From Lama glama (taxonomy: Eukaryota), in contig CM052817.1 of the NCBI GenBank assembly GCA_028534125.1, positions 39,000,001-39,064,000 of the forward strand: a stretch of DNA of 64,000 nt, given 5' to 3'. Under the pieces are notes generated by a model that worked only from the letters and a program-made list of their open reading frames with translations, did not search any database and was not told the origin of the DNA. The position numbers were made by a program, and so were the translations under genes. Positions 63,140 to 64,000 of the stretch are shown here, piece by piece. Numbering within the stretch: position 1 is the first letter of the stretch; each line of letters opens with the position of its first letter.

Positions 63140-64000
63140 AACTGATATGTGTAGAAGGAGTGAGGGAGTTAGAGAATGACCACTTGGCAAATGTCATGGC
63201 GATATTGCTCCCTGCAAGAATCATCAATAAATGTTAAAACTAGTTGGTAAAAATTTGATGAAGAACAGGATTTTTATGTAGTCCCATAGTATCTTTCTGC
63301 AAAACATTTATTAATTACAAAGGGAAAATAGGAACTTTTTAGTGGAGCAACTAAGTGATGAAAGTTAATATCACAGCAATGGTGCAGACCAATATATTCT
63401 TCTTAATCTGACGCTCTGAAATGGACATAACACCACCGATGTGTTAATACTGCCAGAAATTGTGTAACCTTAGTGTAATCGTGAGGAATTCTCAGATAAA
63501 ACCAAATTGAAGGGCTTCTTCAAAATAACTTGACTAGTTAAAAAAAAATGGTCAAGATAATGAAAGAGAAACGTAGACTGAGGAACCATTCCAGATATTA
63601 ATGAGACTAAAGAGACATGGCAACTAAGTGCAATGTGTAATACCTGATCAGAGATTTTTTTTTTCCCTATAAAGAACATTACAGGGATGACTTTTGCAGA
63701 TTAAATAATAGCATTGAGTCAGTGTTACTCTCTGGATTTTGATCATTGATTATGGTAGAAAATGTCTTTGTTCTCAGGAAGTACATACCAATGTGTTTAT
63801 TGGTGAAAAGGGATCATGTCTGCAACTTACTCGCAGATGCTTCAGAAAAAGTACGCCCCTCCCACATCCATACACAAAATGGCAAAACAAATGTGGTGAC
63901 ATGCTGACAGTTGGTGAATATGGGTGAAGGGTGTATGGAATTTCTTTGTATTGTTCCTAAACTTCAAATTATTTCAAGCTTATCAGTTAATTTGAAATTA
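63140..64000 (+). mobile_element. Old L1 3' UTR-type fragment (L1ME/L1MC-like)
   Basis: 'agagacatggcaactaagtgcaatgtg...atcatgtctgcaacttactc...ggtgaagggtgtatggaatttctttgtattgttc'. Confidence 0.65.

Overview
Mammalian genomic DNA, very probably a camelid: three tRNA-Ala(AGC)-derived SINEs resemble the camelid Vic-1 family. The only supported protein-coding gene is the complete three-exon homeobox gene NKX6-1 on the + strand (CDS 22642-23311, 25008-25180, 27331-27588; 366 aa, canonical GT-AG introns). It lies in a CpG-rich domain (about 17.4-28.1 kb). A separate orphan CpG island follows at about 37.7-40.2 kb, then repeat-poor blocks rich in homeodomain motifs (40.4-42.9 kb and 47.7-48.2 kb) that look like distal enhancers. 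The flanks are ordinary interspersed repeats (hAT/Charlie, MLT/ERVL LTRs, L1, L2, MIR) and microsatellites. Repeat family names are from recall and were not checked with RepeatMasker; their boundaries are approximate. Points worth following up: a TSD-flanked, polyadenylated non-repeat insert (probable processed pseudogene) whose body is hidden in the 100-N gap; a CpG-retaining solo LTR inside an L1; a perfect 18-bp palindrome of two NKX6-type sites plus other TTAATGA clusters (possible autoregulation); a co-oriented CTCF-like motif pair; and several uORFs in the long leader. I found no convincing evidence of a wholly new biological system. The regulatory findings are motif-level hypotheses.
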